DNA from: Prorocentrum cordatum
Taxonomy: Eukaryota
Direction of reading: 5' to 3'
Length of the DNA stretch: 57,521 nucleotides
Assembly (NCBI GenBank): GCA_963575745.1
Contig: CAUYUJ010000019.1
Coordinates: 62,001-119,521 of the forward strand
Below are positions 57,447-57,521 of this stretch, piece by piece. Below the pieces are notes generated by a model that did not search any database, was not told the origin of the DNA, and was given only the letters and a program-made list of their open reading frames with translations. The position numbers were made by a program, and so were the translations under genes. The stretch's first letter is position 1. Each line of letters opens with the position of its first letter.

Positions 57447-57521
<75 letters not shown>
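56642..57521. repeat. (GTC)n/(GCCGTC)n microsatellite running to the window end
   Basis: Direct reading. Confidence 0.97.

Overview
Repeat-dense, GC-rich eukaryotic DNA, most likely a dinoflagellate nuclear genome: a 21/22 match to the dinoflagellate spliced leader lies at 54165-54186 (minus strand). No intact host gene is recognisable. Contents: (1) a nearly complete Ty1/copia LTR retrotransposon (1-6586) with a candidate -1 frameshift after the protease and a C5 DNA-methyltransferase-like domain between integrase and RT; (2) a ~6.6-30 kb field of Helitron/Helentron-like units (a ~58-bp hairpin end motif in about 15 copies, a partner end motif, ~177-bp internal tandem repeats) plus a decayed RepHel/PIF1 helicase; (3) three unrelated-looking inserts placed in the loop of that hairpin at the same register, two with ~12-bp target duplications and all with a shared nested 3' stem-loop, one of them a 5'-truncated non-LTR RT element; (4) two divergent non-LTR elements whose RNase H motifs appear circularly permuted; (5) other decayed LTR/LINE fragments, MITE-like foldbacks, tandem repeats, long microsatellites and an SL-capped retrocopy with an Hsp70-like fragment. 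All calls come from reading by eye and no searches were run. Boundaries of decayed elements are approximate.
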